This document shows, piece by piece, positions 26,040 to 35,715 of a DNA stretch of 52,254 nt. This stretch comes from a virus (Duplodnaviria; Caudoviricetes): the IMG/VR virus record IMGVR_UViG_3300048817_000118, positions 1 to 52,254 of that record; one strand, 5' to 3'. The first letter of the stretch is position 1, and every line of letters starts with the position of its first letter. Below the pieces are notes generated by a model that had not been told where the DNA came from, searched no databases, and was given only the letters and a program-made list of their open reading frames with translations. Position numbers and translations under genes: made by a program.

Positions 26040-26600
26040 ATGCGCCCAACGGTCGGGCTTACTACCGGGAGCAGCAAGGTTCAGCAGAACTTGATGCAGA
26101 GCCTTGCTGCGCTCCGCAAGTCCCAAGTGTACGTGGGCATCCCGGCCACTAACGCTATGGAGCGCAAGCGGCAGATGATGGGCGCGGCGGGCCGGAGTAG
26201 CGGCAAGAAGCGGGCGCGGCTGGAGAAGGCGGCGGTGGAGTCCGGGGTGAACAATGCCGAGCTCCTGTACATACATTCCAACGGCAGTCCGCTGCGGCAT
26301 ATTCCGGCGCGGCCTGTTATAGAGCCCGCCATCACGGAGCCCGGTAATAAGGCGCTTATTACTAAGGAGCTGGGCAAGGCCGCCGAGGCGGGGCTGGCGG
26401 GCAACGCTGCCGACGTGACCATGCGATTGAACCGCGCCGGGATGCTGGCTCAGAATATTTGTCGTGCTTGGTTTGTTGATCCTAGGAACGGCTGGGCCCC
26501 GAACGCGCCGAGCACGATTCGACGCAAGGGCTCGGATCGTCCACTTATAGATACCGGGGCACTTCGGCAAGCAATTACTTACATCGTGGTGCAAGAATAA
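26040..26600 (+). CDS. Neck/tail-completion protein
   Basis: VYVGIP, HSNG...IPARP, PNAPSTI.RKGS..PLIDTG.LR..ITY. Confidence 0.85.
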   Translation: MRPTVGLTTGSSKVQQNLMQSLAALRKSQVYVGIPATNAMERKRQMMGAAGRSSGKKRARLEKAAVESGVNNAELLYIHSNGSPLRHIPARPVIEPAITEPGNKALITKELGKAAEAGLAGNAADVTMRLNRAGMLAQNICRAWFVDPRNGWAPNAPSTIRRKGSDRPLIDTGALRQAITYIVVQE

Positions 26601-26962
26601 TGCTGCAAGAGCTAGGCGACGTTGTCAACAATCCCGACATCGCTGAAAACTTCCAGATACTGCGCAACCCCGGCGTGTACGCGCAGGGCGGGTGGCAGGG
26701 CAGCACGCAGCAATCCTTTTCGGTGTATGGAACTGTCAGTCTGGCCAGCCAGAAGGAGATCCAGATGCTGCCCGACGCGGACCACGTGACCGAAGCTAGA
26801 ATCTTCCACAGTTCCACGCCGATGTACGTCACGAGCGAGGACAAGGGGATCACCTCCGACATTCTGGTGTGGAAGAACATCAACTACCGCGTAGCGCGGG
26901 AGCTGCCCTACGGCGTGCGCGGCTACTACGGGGCGATTGCCGTTAGGATGGCGGGTCAGTAA
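26600..26962 (+). CDS. Head-closure protein
   Basis: Position and size; D..VW....YRV......YG..GY..A.A pattern. Confidence 0.7.
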   Translation: MLQELGDVVNNPDIAENFQILRNPGVYAQGGWQGSTQQSFSVYGTVSLASQKEIQMLPDADHVTEARIFHSSTPMYVTSEDKGITSDILVWKNINYRVARELPYGVRGYYGAIAVRMAGQ

Positions 26963-26963
26963 G

Positions 26964-27992
26964 ATGGCGACTTTGCCGCTCACTCCGCCGCAGATCGACA
27001 CTGTGGTGCAAACGGCCACCATTGCCATGCTGGGGCTGCCTGTACCGCAGTCGACCACGGACCCAGTGTACGAGCGAGTTCGGATAGGTTGGCAGCAGCA
27101 GGGGCAGCCCTTCGAGACTATCGACGAGGACATCATTACCTTGCGCTGCGTGGAGGTGGACGACCTGTACAATCGAGTGCGGGACGTGAGCTACGTGCAG
27201 AACAACTTTGTAAAGCTCACGCAGTACACCCGCGTGTGGCAGGTGTTCTGGGTGGTCTACGGGCCCAACAGCTTCGACAACTGCCGCCGCCTGCGCAGTC
27301 GCCTGTTCGACCAGGACATCCACGACATCTTCAGCAGCTCGCTTCTATATTTAGTCACCGACCCGGCGGCCCCCACGCGCGTGCCGGAAGAGCACGACGG
27401 GCAGTGGTGGGAGCGCGTCGACTTCTGGGCCAAGTTCAACGAGTTCGTCACTGAGGAGTACGGCTCGCAAGCCGTGCTGAGCGCCGAGGTCATCGTGATC
27501 GACAGCAAGGCTGGGGAGATCGCCGACATCACGGTGTCCAACCTGCCTACTGCTCTTGTTCCAGCCTGCGCAATGTCAACGTCGGGCGGCATGATCACGC
27601 TGGACGAGGCGGCCCTGATTTTGCAGCAGCAGGGCAACCAGATCAACTTCGTGCAGGTCGGCGCGCAGACGTACTCCGGCGACCTGGGCACTTGCGCCAT
27701 CACCACCGGGGAGCTGGTCGCGGGCGACTTCCAGCACGGTTGCACCCTGGCGGACGGCGGGCGGCTGCTCGTTACCATGCCGGGAGCGCCCAACATACAA
27801 TATGCGGCCACGCTACAAGGCACTGTCTGGGCGCTGGTCACGACGCTCGACGGCTCGAATTCCTACACTCTAACGGCCAACCTGGTTTCCGGGCAGGGCA
27901 ACGGCACTTTTACGTTGGAGACCGTGAGCATTGGCTCTGGGCTGTGGAGCGTCGCGGCGGCGGTGCAGGGCATGTCCCTGAATTTGGTTTAG
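26964..27992 (+). CDS. Neck/tail terminator with about 150-aa C-terminal extension
   Basis: VRIGWQ..GQP, YTRVW.V.W..YGPNS.D, P.RVPE...GQWWERVD, then an extra beta-rich domain. Confidence 0.75.
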   Translation: MATLPLTPPQIDTVVQTATIAMLGLPVPQSTTDPVYERVRIGWQQQGQPFETIDEDIITLRCVEVDDLYNRVRDVSYVQNNFVKLTQYTRVWQVFWVVYGPNSFDNCRRLRSRLFDQDIHDIFSSSLLYLVTDPAAPTRVPEEHDGQWWERVDFWAKFNEFVTEEYGSQAVLSAEVIVIDSKAGEIADITVSNLPTALVPACAMSTSGGMITLDEAALILQQQGNQINFVQVGAQTYSGDLGTCAITTGELVAGDFQHGCTLADGGRLLVTMPGAPNIQYAATLQGTVWALVTTLDGSNSYTLTANLVSGQGNGTFTLETVSIGSGLWSVAAAVQGMSLNLV

Positions 27993-28004
27993 GAGATCAT
28001 CAAT

Positions 28005-29396
28005 ATGGCCAGTCCCTCTCTACCGCTCAGTCTTATCGTAGACGTCACCGTCCAGGTGGCCGCGCAGGCCGCCGCCGCTCCGCAATTTAACCAAGGTTTG
28101 ATAATCGGCCCCAGCGCCGTGATTCCCTCCGTCGGGGTCGCCTCGCGCACCCGGCTGTACCTAGGGCTCGCCGGGATGCTCTCGGACGGGTTCACCTCCG
28201 CCTCGCCCGAGTACATCGCGGCGCAGATTTACTTTAGCCAGAGTCCGGCCCCGCAATATCTGTGGATCGGGCGGCAGGACCTGACCTCGCTCAACACCGT
28301 GGTGCCGCACTCCGGCTCGGAGGGCACGGGCTACGTGGTGGGCGACATTATCACCGTGGTACAGGTGGGCGCTAGTGGCGGAACGCTCCAAGTTACTGCC
28401 GTGGGCGGCAGCGGCCAGGTTACCGGAGTAAGCATCCTCACCGACGGCACCGGGTACACCGTGGCCACTGGGCTGCCCACTAGCGGCGGCACGGGTTCGG
28501 GCGCGGAGGTGGACATCTCCGTGATCGGCGAGACGCCGCTTACCGCCGTGCAGGCTTGCCGTGTGTCGTCGCCTTCCTGGTGGGGCTGCATGGTCACCGA
28601 CGCCGCTACTGCCGACAACGAGGCCATTGCTGGGTTCGTGCAGGCCATGACGCCCGTGGGGGCTTACTTCTGCACCACCGGCGACGCCGCCGTGCTGAAC
28701 AACGTCACCAACAACTTGGGCGCGTACCTTAAGGCCGCAGCGCTCAACCGCACGTTCGTCGACTACGCCACCACCCAGGGCGGGGCCGCCCCCAACAACA
28801 TCTACGCCTGCGCCGCTGTCATGGGGGTAATGATGGGGCTGAACACGGGGCTGCCCAGCTCCGCCTTCACTATGAAGTTTAAGCTGATGACGGGGATCAT
28901 CCCGGAGCCGCTCACCATCTCCCAGATTAACGCCATCGAGGGTAACAACGTCAACCTGTACTTGGGCTACGCCAACGACGACTACACCATCTTCGAGCAG
29001 GGCACTACCCCGGTAAGCGGCACCTACATGGACCAGATCCTCAGCCGGGACATCATCGCCGCAGCCATCCAGTTTAACGTGATGAACCTGCTGGTCGGCA
29101 CTCCCAGCATTCCCCAGACCGATCCGGGCGAGACGCAGCTCATCCACGCCGTAAACCAGTCGGCCAACGCCCAGGTCATTACCGGGTGGATCGCGCCCGG
29201 CACCTGGGAAGGCGTCACCATCATTAACCTGGTGGCCGGGGACCCGCTGCCCTTGGGCTATCTGGCTCAGTCGTACCCGTACGCCACCCAGACGCCAGCC
29301 AACCGGGCGGCGCGGCAGGCCATGCCAATTTATTTGGCGATCATCGAGGCGGGCGCGACGCACAGCCTGCTGGTAGGGATCTACATCCAACCGTAA
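28005..29396 (+). CDS. Contractile tail sheath (DUF3383)
   Basis: DV.V, SPEY.AAQIYFSQSPAP..L.IGR, T.KFK...GI, IPQTD.G, G.IAPG.W. Confidence 0.9.
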   Translation: MASPSLPLSLIVDVTVQVAAQAAAAPQFNQGLIIGPSAVIPSVGVASRTRLYLGLAGMLSDGFTSASPEYIAAQIYFSQSPAPQYLWIGRQDLTSLNTVVPHSGSEGTGYVVGDIITVVQVGASGGTLQVTAVGGSGQVTGVSILTDGTGYTVATGLPTSGGTGSGAEVDISVIGETPLTAVQACRVSSPSWWGCMVTDAATADNEAIAGFVQAMTPVGAYFCTTGDAAVLNNVTNNLGAYLKAAALNRTFVDYATTQGGAAPNNIYACAAVMGVMMGLNTGLPSSAFTMKFKLMTGIIPEPLTISQINAIEGNNVNLYLGYANDDYTIFEQGTTPVSGTYMDQILSRDIIAAAIQFNVMNLLVGTPSIPQTDPGETQLIHAVNQSANAQVITGWIAPGTWEGVTIINLVAGDPLPLGYLAQSYPYATQTPANRAARQAMPIYLAIIEAGATHSLLVGIYIQP

Positions 29397-29413
29397 CTTA
29401 GGAGCGTAACACC

Positions 29414-29872
29414 ATGGCACAGTCGGCAACGTACAGCTTTAAGGACACTTCCGGGGCGTTCACCAACCCGCTGCTGCCCGCTCCCATCGTGTTCGCGGGG
29501 CAGATCGGTATGGGCCGGTTTGTGGTTAACATGCACACGCCGCGGTCTATTTTAGACACCGCCGCCGACGGCACCATCATGCCGACGTACGCGGCGGGCA
29601 ACAGCGGCCAGATATCCATCGAGGTGCAGCAGACTAGCATCCTCCATGCTTTATTGCTGGACCTGTATAACAACCTGGTCCTGGCCGGGGATGCCGGGGA
29701 TCCGTCGGCCTGGGCTGCCGGGCAGATTACGCTCCGCAACACGGCGGTGGGCAACCAGCACGTGCTCACCGGCGTGGCCTTCGAGAAGAAGCCTGACAAG
29801 CCGTACGAGGCGCAGGGCACTCGCATCACGTGGGTGTTGCTGGCCTGCGACGTGACGGAGACGACTTCGTAG
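29414..29872 (+). CDS. Tail tube protein (DUF3277-like)
   Basis: TYSFKD, AADG, G.I.I..QQTS, F.K.PD..Y...G...TW; follows the sheath. Confidence 0.82.
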   Translation: MAQSATYSFKDTSGAFTNPLLPAPIVFAGQIGMGRFVVNMHTPRSILDTAADGTIMPTYAAGNSGQISIEVQQTSILHALLLDLYNNLVLAGDAGDPSAWAAGQITLRNTAVGNQHVLTGVAFEKKPDKPYEAQGTRITWVLLACDVTETTS

Positions 29873-29889
29873 CCTGGAAGAATGCCACA

Positions 29890-30417
29890 ATGACTGCCAC
29901 AAAAGAAGTGACCTTCGGGGATACCTCCTACCAGATCGGGCGGCTGTCCGCCCGCGACGGCTCTTGGATCGTAGGCCAGCTGATGAGCCGGGGGCTGCTG
30001 AACGCGGCCTTTAATCGAATCGAGGAGAAGTCCTCGGAACCCTTGGAAAAATTGCTGGGGCTGGCGTTGACCTACGCCTTCCCGGACATGCCGGAGGAGG
30101 TGTTCCAGGGTGTGCAAAACCGCTGCTTCGCCGTGTGCCGGCAGTATCGGCAGAACGGGGATGCTACTGTGGCGGAGCCGCTGCTGCGGCAGGACGGCTC
30201 CAACCGCTGGAACGGCCGGGACGAGCCCGACCCGCTGGTGAGCATGGCGCTGCTCATGTCGGCGCTGACATTCAACCTAGAAAGTTTTTTCGCCCCAGGG
30301 GCGAGGAAGACCTTGCTGCAGATATTCCCGGACCTGAGCCTGATGGTCGCTCCTGCGGAATCGACGGCTTCCTCTTCCGCCCCGTCGCCGCCGGGCTCTG
30401 GCGGCAGCGCGAGGTAG
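29890..30417 (+). CDS. Tail assembly chaperone (G-like)
   Basis: Between tube and tape measure; contains T TTT TTC slippery site at 30285-30291. Confidence 0.75.
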   Translation: MTATKEVTFGDTSYQIGRLSARDGSWIVGQLMSRGLLNAAFNRIEEKSSEPLEKLLGLALTYAFPDMPEEVFQGVQNRCFAVCRQYRQNGDATVAEPLLRQDGSNRWNGRDEPDPLVSMALLMSALTFNLESFFAPGARKTLLQIFPDLSLMVAPAESTASSSAPSPPGSGGSAR

Positions 30418-30509
30418 ACACTTACACGTTCGCCGATTTGGTCGAGATACATGAGTTGCTGGACATCCAGGACCGGGCGCGGGAAGAGGCACTAAGGCAA
30501 AGTAGTTAA
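30285..30509 (+). CDS. -1 frameshift extension of the chaperone (GT-like)
   Basis: -1 frame reads ...FLFRPVAAGLWRQREVDTYTFADLVEIHELLD... and stops 3 nt before the tape-measure ATG. Confidence 0.7.
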   Translation, partial: FFRPRGEEDLAADIPGPEPDGRSCGIDGFLFRPVAAGLWRQREVDTYTFADLVEIHELLDIQDRAREEALRQSS

Positions 30510-30512
30510 TTT

Positions 30513-31901
30513 ATGGAAAGCATCAAGGAATATTTAGTTTCGCTCGGGTTTTCCGTAGATAATGTCAGCCTCCGTCGCTTCGAGGATGGGCTTAAGCGGG
30601 CCTCGGTCAACACCGAGAAGTTCGCTAAGAACGTCGTCGGGGATTTCGCCGTGGTGGGTGCGGCAGTGGTCACGGCATTCACGGCCGTGGGCGCTGGTAC
30701 TATTGGCCTGATGTCACATGTTGCAAAAGCAGATTTGGGGTATCAAATGTTTGCCCGGCGCATGTTCATGGGGGTGGACGCCGCCAAGAAGATGAAGATC
30801 GCGACCGACGCCCTGGGCGTGTCGCTGGAAGAGATCGTATGGGGGCCTCCGGAGTTGGCCGAGCGCTACCGGGCGCTGGTCAAGGACCAGACCGAGATGA
30901 TGAAGTTCCTGGGAGGGGACAAGTTCGAGAAGTCGATGCGCAGCATCCGGGACATCGGGTTCCAGTTTACTCGTATGGTACCGGAGCTGCAGTACTTCAG
31001 CATGCGGTTTACCGAAGACATCATGAACAAGCTGTTCGGTACTCCCAAGTCGCTGGAGAATAGGCTTAAAGACTTCAACGCCTGGTTCATAGCCAACATG
31101 CCACGCATCTCGGACGAGATCTCCAGCGTGATCGCTCCTGCTTTTAAGAAGCTGGCGGGCGCGGCAGAGAGCTTGTTCACCAAAAAGAACGTGGACTGGG
31201 TGGTGAATATCGTCACGAAGGGTGCCGACAATTTGGGCATGTTGTTCAACTGGCTCCAGTCCGATAACAAGTGGGGCCTGCTGTGGGATAAAGACAAGAA
31301 TACTAACTCCAACATGAACACCATGCTGGGGCTGGACAAGGACCAAGTCATCGGCAAGGTCGCCGGGGTGGCCAAGAAGTACGGCGGCCCCGAGGCCATC
31401 GCGGAGTTCCTGGCCTTGATCCAGCAGGAGTCCGGGTTTAATTCCAATGCCCGTAATAACCGCACCGGGGCAATGGGGTTGGGGCAGGTGATGCCTTTTA
31501 ATTCTCAGGGCAAGGATTTGTCTGACCCGGACCAGAACCTGGCCGTCGCCGCACAGATGTTCTTCGGTGCGCGGGCTAGGCACAGCGGCAGCGTAGAGGA
31601 AGCCCTGCACGACTACTACGGGCACGGTAAGCCGGGGCCAGGCGAGCCCACCTTCGATCAGTACTACCAGCAGTACGTGGAGAAGTACAACAAGTGGCGC
31701 GGTGACCCGTTGGCCAACCCGAACGGCGGGAATTTGCAGAATCAGGCCATGCACACCACCATCGACGTGGGCGGCATCCACATCAACCAGCCCAACGCCA
31801 CGCCGGACCAGATCAAGCGAGCGGTGAAGGACGGCATCGACGAGGCCACCAAGAAGGCAAACCAGCGCGCCATGGCCACCCGGCAGGGGGCGTACGCGTG
31901 A
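30513..31901 (+). CDS. Short tape-measure protein with lytic transglycosylase domain
   Basis: IKEYLVSLGF.VD start; QQESGFN..A....GAMGLGQVMP SLT motif. Confidence 0.85.
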   Translation: MESIKEYLVSLGFSVDNVSLRRFEDGLKRASVNTEKFAKNVVGDFAVVGAAVVTAFTAVGAGTIGLMSHVAKADLGYQMFARRMFMGVDAAKKMKIATDALGVSLEEIVWGPPELAERYRALVKDQTEMMKFLGGDKFEKSMRSIRDIGFQFTRMVPELQYFSMRFTEDIMNKLFGTPKSLENRLKDFNAWFIANMPRISDEISSVIAPAFKKLAGAAESLFTKKNVDWVVNIVTKGADNLGMLFNWLQSDNKWGLLWDKDKNTNSNMNTMLGLDKDQVIGKVAGVAKKYGGPEAIAEFLALIQQESGFNSNARNNRTGAMGLGQVMPFNSQGKDLSDPDQNLAVAAQMFFGARARHSGSVEEALHDYYGHGKPGPGEPTFDQYYQQYVEKYNKWRGDPLANPNGGNLQNQAMHTTIDVGGIHINQPNATPDQIKRAVKDGIDEATKKANQRAMATRQGAYA

Positions 31902-32635
31902 GCGCGCTAGGATTCTTTACTTCCTTACTGGCCCTGCAGCCCGCGCCCGTGCTGGGCTCCAGCGGCCCGTGGCGCCCGCCGCAGTGGAATCAGCCGCAGC
32001 AGTACTCCATGACGTTCACCATGCCGGGCGAGCCTACTGCTTCCGTGACTACTTCCAGCACGGGCGGCGCTCCGGCGGCCCCGCTGACCACCAGCAGTCC
32101 GGGCACGTCGGGGCAGACCACCGTGCTGTTCTTCGACGCCGTATTGCGGGCGGAGCACAACCAGGAGCTGGTTCTTACCAAGCACCCGGTGCAGGTCGGC
32201 CCTGCCATTGTGGACCACGCCTACCTGCTGCCCGCGCGCGTGATGCTGGACATCCTAATGTCGGACGCGGCCGACTCGTACACGGCGGGCCAGTACTCCG
32301 GCGACCCCAGCAAGTCGGTGGCGGCGTTCGCGCAGTTCCTTAGCACGCAGGCGACGCGCATTCCCATCACCCTGGCCACGCGGCTCAAGGCGTACCAGAA
32401 TATGGCGATTACCGACGTGCGGGCGCAGGACGACAGCCGCACGGCCCACGCCCTAAAGTGTACGCTGTACTTCGAGCAGATCATTAGCGCGTCCACCACC
32501 ACAGCTACCCAGAGCGCCCGGCCCGACCAGACCGGGGCCACCAACGAGGGCACTAAGAGCACCGACACGCTGGACCCAGTTACCAGTAGCATCATCAACG
32601 GGATGGGCGCGTTCCCCAGCACTCCGAGCCAGTAA
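31898..32635 (+). CDS. Baseplate tube-initiator (Dit-like) protein
   Basis: FDAVL..EH....TKHPVQ.G..I.DHAY..P, L.TRL..Y.NM. Confidence 0.8.
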   Translation: MSALGFFTSLLALQPAPVLGSSGPWRPPQWNQPQQYSMTFTMPGEPTASVTTSSTGGAPAAPLTTSSPGTSGQTTVLFFDAVLRAEHNQELVLTKHPVQVGPAIVDHAYLLPARVMLDILMSDAADSYTAGQYSGDPSKSVAAFAQFLSTQATRIPITLATRLKAYQNMAITDVRAQDDSRTAHALKCTLYFEQIISASTTTATQSARPDQTGATNEGTKSTDTLDPVTSSIINGMGAFPSTPSQ

Positions 32636-33066
32636 TGTCCCAGCAGATAGTCCCCCTTGATAACTCGCCTAACCAGACGTGGCAGGTGTCGCCCCTGATC
32701 GACGGGGCCACGCAGACGTTCTTCGTCGCGCTGCGCTACAACGAGGTGGCGAATTATTGGTGCATGACTATTGACGACGTCAACGGCAACCTGCTGCTGG
32801 ACTCGGTGCCGCTCGTGACCGGGGTGAACATCTTGCAGCAGCATGCCTACCTGGAGATCGGCAGCATATTTATCATCAACGTCAGTGGTACGGCGCTGGA
32901 CCTGCCTAATAACACCGATCTGGGCACGGACTTCGTCATGGTGTGGGCTGACGACCCGCTGATAGGGGAGGTGCTGGCCGGGGTGGCCAGCGGCCTGGCG
33001 GGCGGCGGCAAGGGAAGCAGCCCGTACCAGCCCATAGGGCCGGGGGAGCACCAGCCGATATTCTAA
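32635..33066 (+). CDS. Small baseplate protein
   Basis: PL...PNQT, LRYNE..YW.M.I.D..G..LL..VPLVTG.N.L.Q. Confidence 0.75.
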   Translation: MSQQIVPLDNSPNQTWQVSPLIDGATQTFFVALRYNEVANYWCMTIDDVNGNLLLDSVPLVTGVNILQQHAYLEIGSIFIINVSGTALDLPNNTDLGTDFVMVWADDPLIGEVLAGVASGLAGGGKGSSPYQPIGPGEHQPIF

Positions 33067-34181
33067 TGAGCACCCTACCCAACTCGCCGCCGCAGCCGAC
33101 CGCTAGCGGCAACCCGCTGTTCGGGCGGAAGTACAACTTGCAGATTAAGTCCAACCCGGACTCTTCCGGGAACCAGACCGTGCTCACCGTGACGGACTCC
33201 GCGTTCGAGCCCGAGGCGCTGCGCATCACCTTCGACGTGGTTACCATGGGGCGACAGGTGCCCTGGTACGCCGAGATCTGCATCTACAATCTTAATGAGC
33301 AGACGGCCAACTACATCCTTACCCAGGGCACCAACTCCGCCATCCCTCCAGCTGCCGCGCCCAACGCGGCGGCGCAGGCCGTGCCGATCCAGCAGGGCAT
33401 GGAGGTGATACTCTCGGCCGGGTACTTGAACGGCAAGTACGGCGTGATCTGGGACGGGTTCATCCTGCAGCCGCTGTGGGAGCGGGAGAACCAGGTGGAC
33501 TTCAAGCTCACCCTGCACTGCATGAACTGGCTGGGCATAGTGGCCCGCAACAACGTGCTGCCCCAGGCGTACGCCGCCGGGAGCACCCAGCTGCAGATCG
33601 TCCAGTCCATCATGCAGAATTCGTTCCACCCGGTGCAGCAGGGCACTATTTCCCCCAACCTTAGCACTAAGGCTCTACCGCGCGGCAAGGTGGTGTTCGG
33701 GTCCATCAATAAGTACATCGGGGAGATCGCGCGGGACAACAACTTGCAGTGGTGGCTGGACAAGAAGGGCCTGATGAACCTGAACAGTCCGGGAGGACCC
33801 ACGCTTACCTTGAGTACTGACCCGCCCGTGGTGTTCACCCCTACCACCGGGATAGTTGACACCCCGGCGCAGACGCAGGAGGGCATCTACATGCGCCTGC
33901 TGCTGGACCCCACGGTGGAGGTGAAGCTTCCCTATATGACGGTAAAGGTGGACAATTCCCAGATCCGGCAGCTGCTGCGCCAGGCCGGAGAATACCCCAG
34001 CTTTTTAGCCCAGGATAATACCTATGTAGTCATGGGAGCTCGGTACTTGGGTGACACTCGTGGGCAGGACTGGTACGTGGACGTCACCGGGTACCTTACG
34101 GCGGCGGCGAGAAATCTGGCGTTGGCGCAGGTCACCGGCACTACCGTAGACGCAGCGGGGTTGCAACTCGATGGCGGCTAG
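33066..34181 (+). CDS. Baseplate hub protein
   Basis: LRI.F, A.I.IYNL...T, L.AGY....G.I..G, LPRG.V.FG, G....P.QT..G, GDTRG.DWY. Confidence 0.82.
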   Translation: MSTLPNSPPQPTASGNPLFGRKYNLQIKSNPDSSGNQTVLTVTDSAFEPEALRITFDVVTMGRQVPWYAEICIYNLNEQTANYILTQGTNSAIPPAAAPNAAAQAVPIQQGMEVILSAGYLNGKYGVIWDGFILQPLWERENQVDFKLTLHCMNWLGIVARNNVLPQAYAAGSTQLQIVQSIMQNSFHPVQQGTISPNLSTKALPRGKVVFGSINKYIGEIARDNNLQWWLDKKGLMNLNSPGGPTLTLSTDPPVVFTPTTGIVDTPAQTQEGIYMRLLLDPTVEVKLPYMTVKVDNSQIRQLLRQAGEYPSFLAQDNTYVVMGARYLGDTRGQDWYVDVTGYLTAAARNLALAQVTGTTVDAAGLQLDGG

Positions 34182-34845
34182 CGCTCCCAGCTTTATTAAC
34201 CTGGCCACGCTGCTGGGCTCCTCTGATGCCTCGTTGGAAGAAATGTTCTGGCAGCGGTTGGCCGAACTGCGCGTGGCCGTTCCGGTGGTGGTGGTGAGCT
34301 TCGACGACGTTACCCAGACCGTGGTGGTTCAACCGGCCATCCAGGAAAATTTGCTGCAAAATTCCATCCCGGTGCCGACCAATCTGCCCAACTTGGTGAA
34401 GGTGCCCATCGGCATGATACGCGCTGGGGGATTTTGCATTACTATGCCCATTCAGCCCGGCGACGAGGGGCTGGTGGTGTTCGCCGACATGTGCATTGAC
34501 GCCTGGTGGCAGTCGGGGGGCGTGGCCAATAACCAGGTGGAGCGCCGCCGCCACGACCTGTCGGACGGGTTCTTCCTGCCAATGTTTTGGTCCCAGCCGC
34601 GCGTGCTGCCTAACTATGCGGCCTCCATCATGCAGATCCGCAACGACATCGGGACCATACTCATCAGCCTGCTGGACAACGGCATCTCCATCACCCCGGA
34701 CGGCGGGACCACCAGCCTGACCATCACGGCGGGCCAAATCTCCATTCAGGCGGCCACCTTAAGCATCAACGGCGCGCCGTACGCCACCCATATCCACTCG
34801 GCGGTGCAGACGGGCACGAGCGACTCCGGGCCGGTGGTGCCATGA
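34171..34845 (+). CDS. Baseplate spike (Gp138-like)
   Basis: V.VQP, P..PGDEGLVVFAD..ID.WWQSGG, RRHDLSDG, C-terminal HIH metal-binding tip. Confidence 0.88.
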   Translation: MAASAPSFINLATLLGSSDASLEEMFWQRLAELRVAVPVVVVSFDDVTQTVVVQPAIQENLLQNSIPVPTNLPNLVKVPIGMIRAGGFCITMPIQPGDEGLVVFADMCIDAWWQSGGVANNQVERRRHDLSDGFFLPMFWSQPRVLPNYAASIMQIRNDIGTILISLLDNGISITPDGGTTSLTITAGQISIQAATLSINGAPYATHIHSAVQTGTSDSGPVVP

Positions 34846-35507
34846 GCACTTCGGCAATTGTACCCAGCCCGCTCGTCACCGTCCGCCAGATCGGTGGCGG
34901 AACGTTTTATGTGGTGAACACTATAACCGAGTCCGTAATAACTACGCTGGGCGTGTCAATAGGTTTGCTGGTGGAGGAGATCGCCAACATCGTGGCGGGG
35001 CAAAATCTCACTATAGATCTGCCCCCGAACCAAGAAGTGGTCACCGTGCTGAGCGTCTCCACCTTATCCCCCGCGTTCTTCGCCGTGTTTACCAAGCAGC
35101 ACACCGCCGTGGGCATCCCTGTCACCTACCAGATCTCCAGCGGGTACGAGCCGCTGTACGGCGCGGGGCAGGCCGACTTCCTCACCAACTTGGCGGCGGT
35201 GGCGCAGATCATCGCCACCCGACTGCGGTTGTTCCAGGGCGAGTGGTGGGCGTCGCAGACCGACGGCCTCCCGCTGTGGCAGAGCATATTGGCCCAGCCC
35301 GCCAGCCAGAAGAGCCAGCAGCAGATCGCCACTTTAATTACGGCGCGGATACTGGGCACGCCCTACGTCACCGGGATAGGCAACGTGCAGACCTCGTTCT
35401 CGCCCATCACCCGCGCCTTCGGTTACACCGCCCAGGTGCAGACGCAGTTCGGGCCGGTTACTGTCTCCAACATACCCGTCCCGCCCAGTCAGGCGCTGCC
35501 CTCGTGA
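34842..35507 (+). CDS. Baseplate wedge/sheath-initiator protein with N-terminal insertion
   Basis: AVAQ.I.TRL.LF.GEWW...DGLP.WQ.IL...RIL.TP.V..I...V.T.FG. Confidence 0.78.
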   Translation: MSTSAIVPSPLVTVRQIGGGTFYVVNTITESVITTLGVSIGLLVEEIANIVAGQNLTIDLPPNQEVVTVLSVSTLSPAFFAVFTKQHTAVGIPVTYQISSGYEPLYGAGQADFLTNLAAVAQIIATRLRLFQGEWWASQTDGLPLWQSILAQPASQKSQQQIATLITARILGTPYVTGIGNVQTSFSPITRAFGYTAQVQTQFGPVTVSNIPVPPSQALPS

Positions 35508-35713
35508 AGCTGCTGGAGTTCCATGTGTTCAACGGAGGCAGCCGGATTGCCATAAACCCGGAAGCGGTGGTCAGCGTGGGCGAGATGCCCAATCGGGACA
35601 GCTCCACGGGGGTTAAGGTAAACGAGGCGCTGCACGCCGAGATTAAGCGCATCGACGGCAGCTCGGTGGAGCTGCGGGAGAGCTACGACAGCGTTCTGGA
35701 GGAGCTGACCTAG
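35504..35713 (+). CDS. Small FlbD-like hypothetical protein
   Basis: MKLLEF...IAINP..V..V...I...DG....LRES...V; coupled to both neighbours. Confidence 0.55.
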   Translation: MKLLEFHVFNGGSRIAINPEAVVSVGEMPNRDSSTGVKVNEALHAEIKRIDGSSVELRESYDSVLEELT

Positions 35714-35715
35714 AT

